64,000 nt of DNA from positions 83,553 through 147,552 of the forward strand of contig NW_003314412.1 in assembly GCF_000143415.4 (NCBI RefSeq). Reading direction: 5' to 3'. The notes below the pieces were generated by a model, which was given only the letters and a program-made list of their open reading frames with translations, ran no database searches and was not told where the DNA came from. Position numbers and translations under genes: made by a program. This DNA comes from Selaginella moellendorffii. Lineage: Eukaryota; Plantae; Lycopodiophyta. Of this stretch, positions 34,697-45,495 are shown piece after piece (position 1 is the stretch's first letter; each line of letters starts with the position of its first letter).

Positions 34697-36033
34697 TTAG
34701 TCGTGCTTCCCACCTCCGGCTTCCATTTCCATTTGTAAATGCTGCAAGGAACGAACATGTGTAGCAACGGAAACAAGGAGAAAATAAAATAACTAGAAAA
34801 ACGACCGCACCTTTCTCTTCCCAACGTATGGTTGCACCGCAGGAGGCGTGGAGTTTGTCGTCTCTTCACGCAGCTTCTTCTTCTCCATCTCAAACTCCTT
34901 ACGGCTGTCCCTCCTCGATCCGTTCTGCCAAACTCGTCCAAAGCTCGGGAGCCAATCGTTCGCAGCTTCTTCTCTGCGCGGTGCGGCATCTCGCTCAAGC
35001 TGTGCCTTTCGCCGATTGGCCCAAGCCGCTCCAACGCGCTTGTCTAGCCGCTCCATCTCTCTTCGTTTACGTTTGGAAATTCCCTTCGGACACCCGTCGT
35101 CACTTCCGTGAGTCGGGAGGTCAGACAACCAAGGCGGGGGGGCCCCAGAGTGCACGTTTCCCTTGCTTGACACAAGCGGCCGTGGACTGACAGTGGCAAG
35201 ATCTGCAAAAAAAAAAAATCAAAGTGTCAAGTAACAGAGCTGGAATAATGCAAAAACAGCATACTTCCACCAAACGCTGCCACTGTGTGCTTATGCGCTG
35301 TAGCACCGTTAACCTGCAATGTCTGATCCTTGGAAATTTTTTGTAAAGGCTCAACACAAACACTGGGACTTTGGCTGCTCTTTGCAGCCAGAAACCGTTC
35401 ATGATGGATATTATTCTCCGTGGCACCTTGTGTTGTAGCTACGCTGCTGCTGTCCGCCAAAGCTCCATCACCGCAAACAGCTTCCCACTGGAAAAGAAAG
35501 AAAAAAAAATGAGAAAGGAGCTTCTTTTTCTAAGTCAAAATCTTGGAATTGTCATGCAAATGGAAAGAGAAGAAAACGACTCACTCACATCCGCGATCTC
35601 CTTTCTCGAAAAGAAAAAGTCGTGACGGGTGTTGGCGTCAGCGCCATTCTCACACCAAAACCTCTTCACATTTGAGACGTGGGCCGCGCTTGCGAGATGG
35701 TGAATTGCATTGGAGCTGTGTGCCCAAAAGGAGGATCAAGGAAAAAATAAAATAAAATCTCACTATAGCACGAAAATCTCGATCTTACCAGGCAATGGAG
35801 CTGCTGCCTTGATCGTCAGCAACATCTTCCTCGCAGAACAAGCACCAGAAGCGATGCGACGGCGCCTGAGCTAGCGGATTGCCAAGAAATCCTCTGACGC
35901 CCTCGATTTTCATCCGGGTCTTCCCAAGAACGCTCTGCAGCGCATTGCGATGGCCTGCCGAGTACCTGTGACCTCTCCCTTGCTCGTGATTCCTCCGGCA
36001 CACGGCGCAGAAGGAGAAGCCCTTCGCGCCCAT
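34697..36033 (-). CDS. TTL: TITAN-LIKE / CCDC84 (CENATAC) homolog, zinc-finger protein
   Basis: FCAVCRRNH...GH and FWCLFC...HLAS..H zinc fingers; conserved C-terminal GNVHSGAPPPWL, KRVGAAWA and WLPSFGRVWQ.GSR motifs; 5 exons. Confidence 0.85.
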
Positions 36034-36095
36034 CCCACGAAGAACCCTAAACTCGTTTCTTTCCCCCAAGAACCCTAAAATATTTTCCTGGATGG

Positions 36096-37931
36096 ATGCG
36101 TCCAAGGACGAGGATTCTAGCGCATTCTCTCCGCGATCGCTTCCCGGCACTCGTAGCGCTCCAGGGAATCAACACGATCGCGCTGCTCGTGTCGGCATTG
36201 AAGGCGTGCGCGAGCTCGCGGCAGCTCGAATCGGGCAAGAGGATCCACGCCGATGCAATGCGCTCTGGCGAGCACAGGAATGCGTTCGTGGCGACGACGC
36301 TGATCTCTATGTACGCGAAGTGTGGCAGCATGGCGGATTCTCGCAAGGTTTTCGATGCCATGGCCGTGAGAGGCGTGGTTGCCTGGACGGCGCTCGTTCT
36401 TGGCTACGCCGAGAATGGAGAGGCGAGGCTGGCGCTGGAACTCTTCTCTAGAATGGAGGAGCCGGCGGATGGGCCAGCGTTCGTGGCAGCGGCTATGGCC
36501 TGTGCGATCGCAGCGGTGGAAGAACAGGGCAGGGAAATCGATGGAAAGGTTTACAAGTTGTGGAGCTTGGAGAAAGGGATGGGGCTCCACTCCCGAGCGG
36601 CGAAACTTGGTTTCGATCGATCTAGCTCCTTTCTCGCCAACACTCTGCTGGATTTGTACGCTAAGTGTGGGAGCTTGGTGGATTCGTGGAGAGTTTTCGA
36701 GACTATAGCTTCGCCGTGTGTGGTGTCGTGGACGGCTTTGATACAGGGACATGTAGAAAATGGTGAGACCCAAGCTGGATTGGAGCTCTTCGACTATGTT
36801 CTTGGGAGAAAGATCTGCGAGCCAAACTCGAGAACTTACGTAGCTGCTTTGCTCGCTTGCGCGGAGCTGGCTGAGAAAGAAGATGGAACGCAAGTTTTCC
36901 TCCAAGAAACTGGAAAGGTGGCTGCTGTAAGGCTGAAGAGTTTGGAGAGATGCTTCGAGCTTCACTCTCAGGCGCTGGAGCGGGGATTTGCGTCGGATAG
37001 ATTCATCGAAAATGCGCTGGTGAGGCTCTACTCCAAAAGTGGAAGCATGGCCGATGCTTTCTTGGTTTTCCAAGGTATGATCTCTCCCGACGTCGTTTCT
37101 TGGACTGCTCTTATTCTCGGCTACGAACTAAATGGTGACAGTGAACAGGCTCTGGAATGTTTCATGCAAATGGAGCGCTCGGATTGTAGACCGGACGCTC
37201 GGACTTTCACTGCCGCACTCACGGCTTCCACAACTCTGGCGGCTTTTGATGCTGGGAGAAGAATCGATGCTCTAGTAACTGGCCAGGGACTGGAGAGCGA
37301 GCCGTTTCTCTCGGCTTGCCTGGTGGACTTCTACAGCAAGTGCGGACGTGTGGAAGCTGCTCGCTACATCTTCGACTCGACTGCTGCCGTTGGAGTTGTG
37401 CACTGGGGAGCGTTGATGGCTGGCTATGGTCGGCAAGGAGAGAGCGAAGAGGTGATCACTCTTTTCGGCAGGCTTGTCGATGAAGGTCTCAAACCGAATG
37501 CCGTCGTCCTCCTAGCAGTTCTCAGTGCTTGCAGTCACGCTGGTCTCCTCGAGAAAGGACGGAAGCTTTTCGGTTCTATGAAACCGGTCTATGGTGTCCA
37601 GCCAGGTATCGAGCACTATCATGCCATGATTGATCTTCTCGGCCGGTCTAACCATTTGGACGACGCAGTGACCATGATCACAGACATGCCATACAAGCCG
37701 ACGGTGGTGACATGGAGGACGCTGCTAGGTGCTTGCTGGAAGATGAAAAACGTTGCTGTGGGAAGGATGGCTTTCGACTCAATCATGGAGCTGGATCCAG
37801 GTGAAGTCTCAGCTCACATTCTCATGTCCAACATCTATGGAAGCCTTGGGATGTTTGTGGAGAAAGCCAAAGTTCGTGCGATGGGTGGCTTGGATGAGGA
37901 GGCGCTCGAGCACGAGTCCTGGAATTTGTAG
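36096..37931 (+). CDS. PLS-E class PPR protein with extended L motifs
   Basis: Intronless, 611 aa. P-L-S triplets (MYAKCGS, VVSWTALI), ACSHAG, HYHAMIDLLGR and E motifs; no DYW domain. Confidence 0.92.
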   Translation: MRPRTRILAHSLRDRFPALVALQGINTIALLVSALKACASSRQLESGKRIHADAMRSGEHRNAFVATTLISMYAKCGSMADSRKVFDAMAVRGVVAWTALVLGYAENGEARLALELFSRMEEPADGPAFVAAAMACAIAAVEEQGREIDGKVYKLWSLEKGMGLHSRAAKLGFDRSSSFLANTLLDLYAKCGSLVDSWRVFETIASPCVVSWTALIQGHVENGETQAGLELFDYVLGRKICEPNSRTYVAALLACAELAEKEDGTQVFLQETGKVAAVRLKSLERCFELHSQALERGFASDRFIENALVRLYSKSGSMADAFLVFQGMISPDVVSWTALILGYELNGDSEQALECFMQMERSDCRPDARTFTAALTASTTLAAFDAGRRIDALVTGQGLESEPFLSACLVDFYSKCGRVEAARYIFDSTAAVGVVHWGALMAGYGRQGESEEVITLFGRLVDEGLKPNAVVLLAVLSACSHAGLLEKGRKLFGSMKPVYGVQPGIEHYHAMIDLLGRSNHLDDAVTMITDMPYKPTVVTWRTLLGACWKMKNVAVGRMAFDSIMELDPGEVSAHILMSNIYGSLGMFVEKAKVRAMGGLDEEALEHESWNL

Positions 37932-38273
37932 AACAGGCACTTTACATCATACTTCAGTTCTATGCTACCAGGAATGGATTCAACACTTCAAAAGGTCTGC
38001 TTATCTCTTTTCATGTCTCGGATAGATTAATTAAACTTTTCTTTCAGTGTGTCGCGCGAAAGCATATGAGAAGCTGCGGGCCGTCAGATGAGACTATACA
38101 CTAGGGTTGAGCGAGAGGCGCTGGAGTTTTCGCGAAGGTTAGAAAGGATTCCTTGCGGCATTGGAATGGGTCCCGGAAATGCGCGTAAGTACTTTGAGCA
38201 GGAGCTCCACTTATTGCTGACGATCCTCACATGATGGTTTTCTTTTTCTTCTACAGTAGCAGCAGCTGTCTAA

Positions 38274-41200
38274 ATGATGTGGTTCTGCTACAGTCTTCGA
38301 GCTGCATGGAGATCTTCTGCTCAAAGAGATGGTAGACACTTTTCCAGGATAGCGAAGCAGACTGAAGAGCGGCAAAGAGTGTCGGACTTGCTCGCAGCTT
38401 TGAAGGACGCCAACAAATCCAGGGACTTGGAAAAAGCAAGGAAAATCCACGCAGATGCTGTCGCGAGTAAGGACGACAAGAACATCTACGTAGCTAGCAG
38501 CTTGGTGAGGTTGTTTTCGAAATGCGGGAGCATGGTGGATGCTCGCAACGTGTTCGACAAAATACCGCGGCCGAATGTGGTTTCCTGGACATCACTGATT
38601 TCCGGCTATGTTCTCGATGGCAAAAGCGAGGTAGCTCTGGACATGTTCTCTCGCATGCAGACTAAAGGCTGTGCTCCAGACGCTCAGACTTTTGCTGCCG
38701 CACTCAAGGCTTGCACGGGGATGGCTGCAAAAGAAGAAGGCAAGCTTGTCAAGGGGAGAGTTGTGAAGCCGAAAGCTCTTCAAACAGGGATCGCTATACA
38801 CTCTCAAGTTAAAAAGAGCAGCTGCGACGCAGACGTGATCCTGGCCAACACACTTATTGATTTCTACACGAAGTGTGGAAGCATGGCTGAAGCTAAGGAG
38901 GTTTTCGACGGGATTCAGAAGCCGGATGTGGTGTCCTGGACGTCATTGATACTGGGATATGCACAGAATGGGGAAGGACAAGTAGCTTTGGACTTGTACC
39001 AAGACATGAAGTCCAGCGGGTGTTCACCAAATGGTCAGACGTTTTTGGCTGCTCTAAAGGCCTGCACGGATCTGGCAGCAAAAGAAGAGAGCAGCAAGGT
39101 TGATGGAAGTCTGTTGCGAGTCTCCACGTTGGCCAAAGGCAGGGAAATACACTCAGAAGCTACAAAGAACAGGTTCGACTCAGACATCTTCGTTGCGAAC
39201 ACGCTCATCGACATGTACGCGAAGTGTGGGAGCATGACTGAAGCGATGAGCGTATTTGAGAGGATTCCACGACGAGCAGTGGTGTCCTGGAACGCGCTGA
39301 TGCTGGGCTATGTTCACAACGGGCAGGCAGAGGTGACCTTTCGTCTGTTCGAAAGGATGAGATCGGAAGGATGTGCACCAAACGGCCAGACTTTTGTTGC
39401 TGCTCTCAAGGCGTGCTCTGGCTTGGCTGCCAAAGAGGAAGGCGAGCAAGTCGACAGCAAAGTCGTGAAAGTATGGTCGCTACAAAGAGGCATAGAAGTC
39501 TACTCTGCGGCATCAAAATGCGGCTTCGACTCGGATATATATGTGGCAAACACGGCAGTGGACATGTACGCGAAGTGTGGGAGCATGAGACACGCTCGAG
39601 AAGTCTTTGAGAAGATTTTGCATCCGGACGTGATTTCCTGGACGGCTCTGGTATCGGGATTTGCTCAAAACGGTGAAGGTGGTGTAGCTCTGGAGTATTT
39701 TGAGCGCATGCAAGCTCAAGGCTGTCCGCCGAATGGCCAGACTTATGTGGCTGCTCTCAAAGCTTGCATCGACCTGGCCACCAACGAAGATGCAAAGCTG
39801 GTGGAAGGAAAGCTTGTGAAAGCTGGCTCGTTGGAGAAAGGGGAAGATGTTCACTCTCAAGCGGCAAAGCGTGGCTACGAGTCGGACATATTTGTGGCCA
39901 GCGCTTTGATCGACATGTATTCCAAGTGTGGGAGCATGGCGAGTGCTCGAGAGGTTTTCAACGGGATGAAGCGGCGGGACGCTGTGGTCTGGAATGCACT
40001 CATGCTGGGCTTCGCTCTAAACGGTGCCAGTGACGAAGCCTTGGAGCTGTTTACTCTCATGCAATCCCAAGGCTGTGATCCGGACGCTCAAACGTTTGCT
40101 GCTGCGTTGAAGGCCTGTTCCAGCTTCCTGAGTGAAGACGGTAAAGCGGACGACGAGAGGACAAAGAGAGCTTTGGAGAAAGCTTCGTTGATCCATTCCC
40201 AAGCAGCGAAGTTTGGGTTTGACACGGATATATTCGTCGCGAGTATGCTGGTCGATCTCTACGCAAGGTGTGGAAGCATGAGAGAAGCTCGTCAAGTTTT
40301 TGAAAGAATACCCCGGAAGAAACATAACGTGGTCTCGTGGACTACCTTGATCGCCGGCTATGCTCAGAACGATGAACCGGAAGACGCTCTCGAGCTGTTT
40401 CAACGGATGCTGGTCGAAGGCTTTGCACCAAATGCTCAAACTTTCTTGGCAGCACTGAAGGCCTGTGGAAGTTTGGCAGCTCTGGCAATTGGGAAGGCAA
40501 TTCACTCGACTATTTCCAGATATGGAGCTGAAGGCGTTGCATCCGTGTCCAACACTCTCGTGCTCTTGTATGGTAAATGCGGGAGTATCACTGGTGCTGA
40601 GCAAGTTTTCTACTCGACTACCGCGAAGGACGTCGTGACTTGGAACGCACTGATGGCGAGCTATGGTCACTTGGGAGACACAGCGGCTTTGTTCCGGCTG
40701 AGCCAACAAATGCTGGAGGAAGGCTTAAAACCGGACGGGATTACTTTCAACTTCATCCTCACTGCGTGCAGCCATGCCGGCTTGGTCGACAAAGGGAAGC
40801 ACTACTTCCAGGCAATGAGCTCGTCGGAGTATGGAGTAACTCCAGATCTGGAGCACTATCACTGTATGGTGGACTTACTCGGGCGTGGAAACAAGCTAGA
40901 CGAGGCTGTCGAGATGGCGAAAACGATGCCGTTCAAGCCGAGCGTGATCACTTGGACGACCATCTTAGCAGCAAGCAGGAAATGGAAGAATGTTGCGGCT
41001 GGAAAGCTCGCCTTTGACGAGCTGCTTTCGCTGAACGAGAAACAAGCTGCATCGTACGTGCTTATGGCAAACATCTACGCTGCTGCTGGAATGTGGGAGG
41101 AGAAGGCCAAAGTTCATGCGATGAGGAAGGATGCGAAGGCTTGGAAGAAGCCCGGACAGAGCTGGTGGACTGACGAGCGTGGAATCATCCATAAGTTTGT

Positions 41201-41561
41201 AGCCGGAGACAGAACTCACGCGCAAAGGGACGAGATTGGCGAGAAGTTGAAGCTTCTCGAGGCTGCTATCAAGGATCAGGGGTACGTTGCGGACGTAGGA
41301 GCCGTTGCATGGGACATTCCGGACGAGGATAAAGAGGAGTCGCTTTGCGGCCACAGCGAGAGGCTGGCTATCGCCTGTGCTCTCGTGAATTCTCCAGCAG
41401 GAACAACGATTCGTATCGGCAAGAATCTGCGTGTCTGCGAGGACTGCCACAAGGCAACGGGCTTCATCTCCAAGGTGGAAAAGCGAGTCATCGTTTGCCG
41501 AGACGCCAGCCGGTTTCATGTTTTCGAGGATGGAAAATGCTCTTGCGGAGATTTTTGGTGA
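38274..41561 (+). CDS. PLS-E-DYW PPR RNA-editing factor (PGQSWW-type DYW domain, ending DFW)
   Basis: 1095 aa with ~118-aa triplet repeats, KKPGQSWW box, CGHSERLA (HxE), VCEDCH (CxxC) and CSCGDFW terminus. Confidence 0.95.
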   Translation: MMWFCYSLRAAWRSSAQRDGRHFSRIAKQTEERQRVSDLLAALKDANKSRDLEKARKIHADAVASKDDKNIYVASSLVRLFSKCGSMVDARNVFDKIPRPNVVSWTSLISGYVLDGKSEVALDMFSRMQTKGCAPDAQTFAAALKACTGMAAKEEGKLVKGRVVKPKALQTGIAIHSQVKKSSCDADVILANTLIDFYTKCGSMAEAKEVFDGIQKPDVVSWTSLILGYAQNGEGQVALDLYQDMKSSGCSPNGQTFLAALKACTDLAAKEESSKVDGSLLRVSTLAKGREIHSEATKNRFDSDIFVANTLIDMYAKCGSMTEAMSVFERIPRRAVVSWNALMLGYVHNGQAEVTFRLFERMRSEGCAPNGQTFVAALKACSGLAAKEEGEQVDSKVVKVWSLQRGIEVYSAASKCGFDSDIYVANTAVDMYAKCGSMRHAREVFEKILHPDVISWTALVSGFAQNGEGGVALEYFERMQAQGCPPNGQTYVAALKACIDLATNEDAKLVEGKLVKAGSLEKGEDVHSQAAKRGYESDIFVASALIDMYSKCGSMASAREVFNGMKRRDAVVWNALMLGFALNGASDEALELFTLMQSQGCDPDAQTFAAALKACSSFLSEDGKADDERTKRALEKASLIHSQAAKFGFDTDIFVASMLVDLYARCGSMREARQVFERIPRKKHNVVSWTTLIAGYAQNDEPEDALELFQRMLVEGFAPNAQTFLAALKACGSLAALAIGKAIHSTISRYGAEGVASVSNTLVLLYGKCGSITGAEQVFYSTTAKDVVTWNALMASYGHLGDTAALFRLSQQMLEEGLKPDGITFNFILTACSHAGLVDKGKHYFQAMSSSEYGVTPDLEHYHCMVDLLGRGNKLDEAVEMAKTMPFKPSVITWTTILAASRKWKNVAAGKLAFDELLSLNEKQAASYVLMANIYAAAGMWEEKAKVHAMRKDAKAWKKPGQSWWTDERGIIHKFVAGDRTHAQRDEIGEKLKLLEAAIKDQGYVADVGAVAWDIPDEDKEESLCGHSERLAIACALVNSPAGTTIRIGKNLRVCEDCHKATGFISKVEKRVIVCRDASRFHVFEDGKCSCGDFW

Positions 41562-41834
41562 GCGAAAGAGGTAAGCTAAGTTCTGGACTGCAACTTCGTG
41601 GTGTATTAACTTTCATATGCTAGGGCTGTGGAAGGAGGAAGCCAAGTTTTTCTTCCTGGAATGAGGTATGTGGGTGTTTTCCATTAAGCTCCTCTAGCTC
41701 AAGGGCAACTCATTTCACACTTTCCGGGATAACACGATGAGAGCGCGCTCGCACCACGAAGAATGCAGACATTGGTTCGTGTTTTCCATTTTTCTTAGTT
41801 TTCATTCCACTTTCTTTCAGCTGAATTCGCAGCA

Positions 41835-43988
41835 ATGACGACGAGCCAAGTTTATCACTCCACAGATTCTTTCGACAAGCTGAAGCCCAAGAACAGGCGG
41901 CACGAAAATAAAGAGGCTCTCAAACTCTACGACCAGCTGCAGCACGACGGTGCAAGACACAGCGTTCCGGTCATCCTCGCGGCTCTCAAGTCATGCAGCG
42001 TGTCGAGAGACATCGAGACAGGGATGAAGATCCACGCGAACGTGGTTTCAGGCAGCAGATTCCACACCAACATCTACATTCTAAACAGCCTCTTGGACCT
42101 CTACTCCAAGTGTGGCAGTATGGTGGACGCTCAACTAGTTTTCGACCGGATGCCAGTCCACACCATCGTCTCCTGGAACACTATCATCAAAGGATACACT
42201 CACAGCGGCAAAGGTAGCTTGGCACTTGATCTTTTCTCCAGCATGCAGCAACAAGGCTGTCAACCAAACTCGAGAAGTTTTGTCGCAGCGATCGGTGCGG
42301 TAACGAGCTTGCTAGCAGCTGAAGGCAACGACGAAGCCGAGAACAAACTCAATTGTCTCGAGAAAGGAATGGCTCTGCATTCCTCGGCTTGCAAGGCGGG
42401 CTACGATCTTGACATGTTCGTGGCAAGCAGTCTGGTGGATCTGTACGCAAAGAGTGGGAGCATGGAAGATTCACGCAGGTTGTTCGACAGGATGAAAAGT
42501 CGCGACGTGGTTTCGTGGACTGCGCTCATTTCGGGCTACGTCCAGAGCGGCCAAGCCAAGCTCGCGTTACAGCTCTTGCATCGTATGCAAGAACAAGGTT
42601 GCCAGCCAAATGCTCTAACTTACGGAGCCGCGCTCAATGCTTGCACGAAGCTGGCTATGGAGGACGAAGAACAGGATGGAAAGTCGAAGCTGGTCTACCT
42701 GGAAAAGGGCAGGGAGCTTCATTCTCGCCTCGCAAAGTGTGGATACGAAGCCGACGCATTCGTCGCGAGCAGCCTCATGGACATGTATTCCAACTGTGGG
42801 AGCATCAGAGAGGCCAGGCAAGTGTTCGGGAGAACCAAGAACCACGACGTGGTTGCCTGGAACACGATCATCATGGGACATGCACAGAACGGAGATGGAG
42901 AGATGGCTCTCGAGCTCTTCTATCAGATGCAACGCGAAGCTGGCCTGCCTCCAAACGCTCGGACTTTCGTTGCTGCGATCAATGCTTGCGCGGCTTTAGC
43001 AAGCAAAGAAAAAGAAGCCGGGGGAAAGAAAGTTTCCAGCTTGGAGAGAGGAGCTGCGATTCACTCACAGGCGATGGAGTCCGGGTGTTGCCTCGATATC
43101 TTCGTGGCTAACAGCCTCATCGACATGTACTCCAAGTGTGGAAGTCTGGAAGAAGCTCGCCGTGTCTTCGACGGCATGGAGCAGCGAAACATCGTTTCCT
43201 GGACGTCGATGATCATGGGGTACGCCGAGAACAACGCAGCCACCTTTGCTCTCGAGCTCTACGAGCTAGCCGGCTCCTACCTCCAGCCAAACGCTCAGAC
43301 TTTCATGGCGGCGCTCAAGGCCTGCGGCGACTTAGCAGCGGTGGACGCTGGGAAGAGGCTCCACTCGCAGATCCGAGAGAGAAATCTGGACAGCAATCCA
43401 CTGCTCGCGTGCTCGCTCATCGGGTTCTATGGAAAGTGTGGAGACACGGCCGCCGCTCGAGAAGTTTTCCACTCGGTGGCGAGGAAGGACGCGGCCGTGT
43501 GGAGTGCTCTCATCGCGGCTTACAGCTTCCAGGGAGACGCAGCCGGGGCCTTGAATCTCCTCGAGAGGATGCGGGAGGAGAAGATCCGGCCAGACGGTGT
43601 GACGCTCCTCTCGGTTCTCAAGGCTTGCAGTCACGCCGGGCTCGTCGACGCTGGCCTCGAGTGTTTCCGGGAGATATCCTCGCCGACGATCGAGCACTAC
43701 ACCTGCGTGGTGGATCTCCTGAGCCGAGCAAACCGGCTCAAGCAGGCGGTGGCGGTGGCGGAGAGGCTGGCGGCGCAGAAGCGGAGCTTGCCGGCGGCGG
43801 TGTGGATGACAATCCTGGCCGCGTCCGCGAAGTGGAAAGATGTAGACAACGGGCGACTAGCGTTTGAGAAGCTGCGAGCTATGGATCGAGAGGAGGCCTC
43901 CATCTACATCGCCATGGCCAACGTTTACTCGAGCGAGCTGGCTTCACATGACAGTGACGTGGCTGCTGGCGTCCCGACAGTTGGTTGA
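41835..43988 (+). CDS. PLS-E class PPR protein with extended L motifs
   Basis: 717 aa. P-L-S triplets, ACSHAG, HYTCVVDLL and E motifs; no DYW domain. Confidence 0.92.
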   Translation: MTTSQVYHSTDSFDKLKPKNRRHENKEALKLYDQLQHDGARHSVPVILAALKSCSVSRDIETGMKIHANVVSGSRFHTNIYILNSLLDLYSKCGSMVDAQLVFDRMPVHTIVSWNTIIKGYTHSGKGSLALDLFSSMQQQGCQPNSRSFVAAIGAVTSLLAAEGNDEAENKLNCLEKGMALHSSACKAGYDLDMFVASSLVDLYAKSGSMEDSRRLFDRMKSRDVVSWTALISGYVQSGQAKLALQLLHRMQEQGCQPNALTYGAALNACTKLAMEDEEQDGKSKLVYLEKGRELHSRLAKCGYEADAFVASSLMDMYSNCGSIREARQVFGRTKNHDVVAWNTIIMGHAQNGDGEMALELFYQMQREAGLPPNARTFVAAINACAALASKEKEAGGKKVSSLERGAAIHSQAMESGCCLDIFVANSLIDMYSKCGSLEEARRVFDGMEQRNIVSWTSMIMGYAENNAATFALELYELAGSYLQPNAQTFMAALKACGDLAAVDAGKRLHSQIRERNLDSNPLLACSLIGFYGKCGDTAAAREVFHSVARKDAAVWSALIAAYSFQGDAAGALNLLERMREEKIRPDGVTLLSVLKACSHAGLVDAGLECFREISSPTIEHYTCVVDLLSRANRLKQAVAVAERLAAQKRSLPAAVWMTILAASAKWKDVDNGRLAFEKLRAMDREEASIYIAMANVYSSELASHDSDVAAGVPTVG

Positions 43989-44036
43989 CGTGGCGTCCAC
44001 GTCGGGGTCTATCTCCGCCTCGTATCCAGTGGCGCC

Positions 44037-44535
44037 ATGGCGATGGCTTCCACGATCACAGCTCTCGCGAGCTCCTTTGCGAAGTGTGGCGGCTCCGCGA
44101 GATTTCTCGACGATTACAACTTCAACTGCGGTGGCAATTCGCTGCGATTTCGATCGATCAGTGGTCATTGCCAGAGGATTTCCAAGGTATGTGTTCTTCG
44201 TTTTCTAATCGAGTTTGATCGTTTTTTCGTTCCAGAGTTTGGTGGTGAATCGAAATCGAGCAGGGGGGCAGCGAGGAATCATGTACGAGGACGAGGATAC
44301 GTTCGTTCTCCTGGAGCCCGGCGAGGACGAAGTGTTCGTCTCCATGGAGCAGCTCCAGTCGAGGATTAAATCCTGGCTGGAGCGATGGCCGTCGGGGTCG
44401 CTGCCATTCGACCTCCAAAACTTTAAGACTCTGGACGAGGCCGCGTCGCATCTCGTGAGCAATTCCTGCGAGCTCGAAATTGGCGGCGGCTTTGGTTCCA
44501 TTCAATGGTTCCAAGTTAGACTGGAAGAACGATAG
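44037..44535 (+). CDS. CRR7: Chlororespiratory reduction 7 (plastid NDH assembly factor)
   Basis: Transit-peptide exon 44037-44186, 49-nt intron, in-frame exon 44236-44535 with DTFVLLEPGEDEVFVS...LPFDL...CELEI...IQWFQVRLE. Confidence 0.88.
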
Positions 44536-45065
44536 ATTATAGTAGTAGCTTTGTTTAGAACTACTCTTTTTCTATCTTTCTATTTCGTGTCAACATCTAG
44601 AACGAACATATCAAGCCCACATTACGTAAGCCAGGGCGTGCCGTGAATTTATAATCAAAAAGTTGGTTGGGATCCACACCATTAAACTAACATTTTAGAA
44701 GGTTCTAAAGAAACCTAACTTCTAGAAAGGTGGTAGGGCACGGAAAACAGGAACGGTCACTGCCAGGCCACGCCATATGGCGCAAATACAAGATATGTAC
44801 GGCAGCGTGTCGTCGCCCGTCGCGTAGCTTGTGAATTGCTAGCAACTTTTTTTTTTTTCTCTCTCCCTCGTTTCCGCGAGTCACAGGAATCGTATGACTC
44901 TAAACATTGGGCGATTTTTTATTAATCGGGGGTCTTTTCCTACATAGTACAAACCATAGCTTTTCTTCCATGCATTGGATGGATGATCCAACGGCGGTGG
45001 CACTACCCACCAGTCAAAAATGACTTTTGGCCACGGCTACCGTACGATTCTAGAGAAAAGGCTGC

Positions 45066-45112
45066 TGACGTGTTTCTTGCCACGTGGCCCGCCGTTGCGG
45101 CCGCCACGTCAG
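45066..45112. promoter_or_regulatory. Cluster of ACGT-core (G-box/ABRE-like) elements upstream of MsrA
   Basis: TGACGTGT, GCCACGTGGC and GCCACGTCA within ~50 bp. Confidence 0.5.
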
Positions 45113-45495
45113 GCAGTTAAGCACGGCGGGCGGTAGATGTGACGCATCCGACGGCAACGGCAGCGAGCGACGCGGACCGTCGGATCGACGGAATCGACGG
45201 TTGCCGTGGCAATCGTAATGCGCGAGAGAGCTTGCTAGGTTTTCTTCGTGGTGGGAGGGAGAAAATGCGAGCGCCATGCCGGATCGAGGGCATGCAGTGA
45301 TCTCTATGGATTGATTTCTCGCAGGGCGGTGGAGCTAGTGCGCGTGCGCCGCGGGCGCGCGCTGCATAGCGATCGATGGGAGCATGGCCGGGGTTTTGAT
45401 CTAGAGTGGTAGTATTTCTTCATGCGCGCTCGGGATTTGTGGATCTTGGAGCTGGATTCTAGGAATTCTTGCGGCCCGGGGAGTGTCGCGGCGGG

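Noticed and set aside
35400-35412. ATATCCAT U12-like AT donor inside TTL exon 3
   Set aside because: Imperfect consensus inside coding sequence, with no properly spaced branch site and AC acceptor.
41553-41835. Possible spliced in-frame fusion of the DYW protein to PPR3 via a GTGAGC donor overlapping the stop
   Set aside because: Every donor/acceptor combination I tried hits a stop before or out of frame with the PPR3 ORF.
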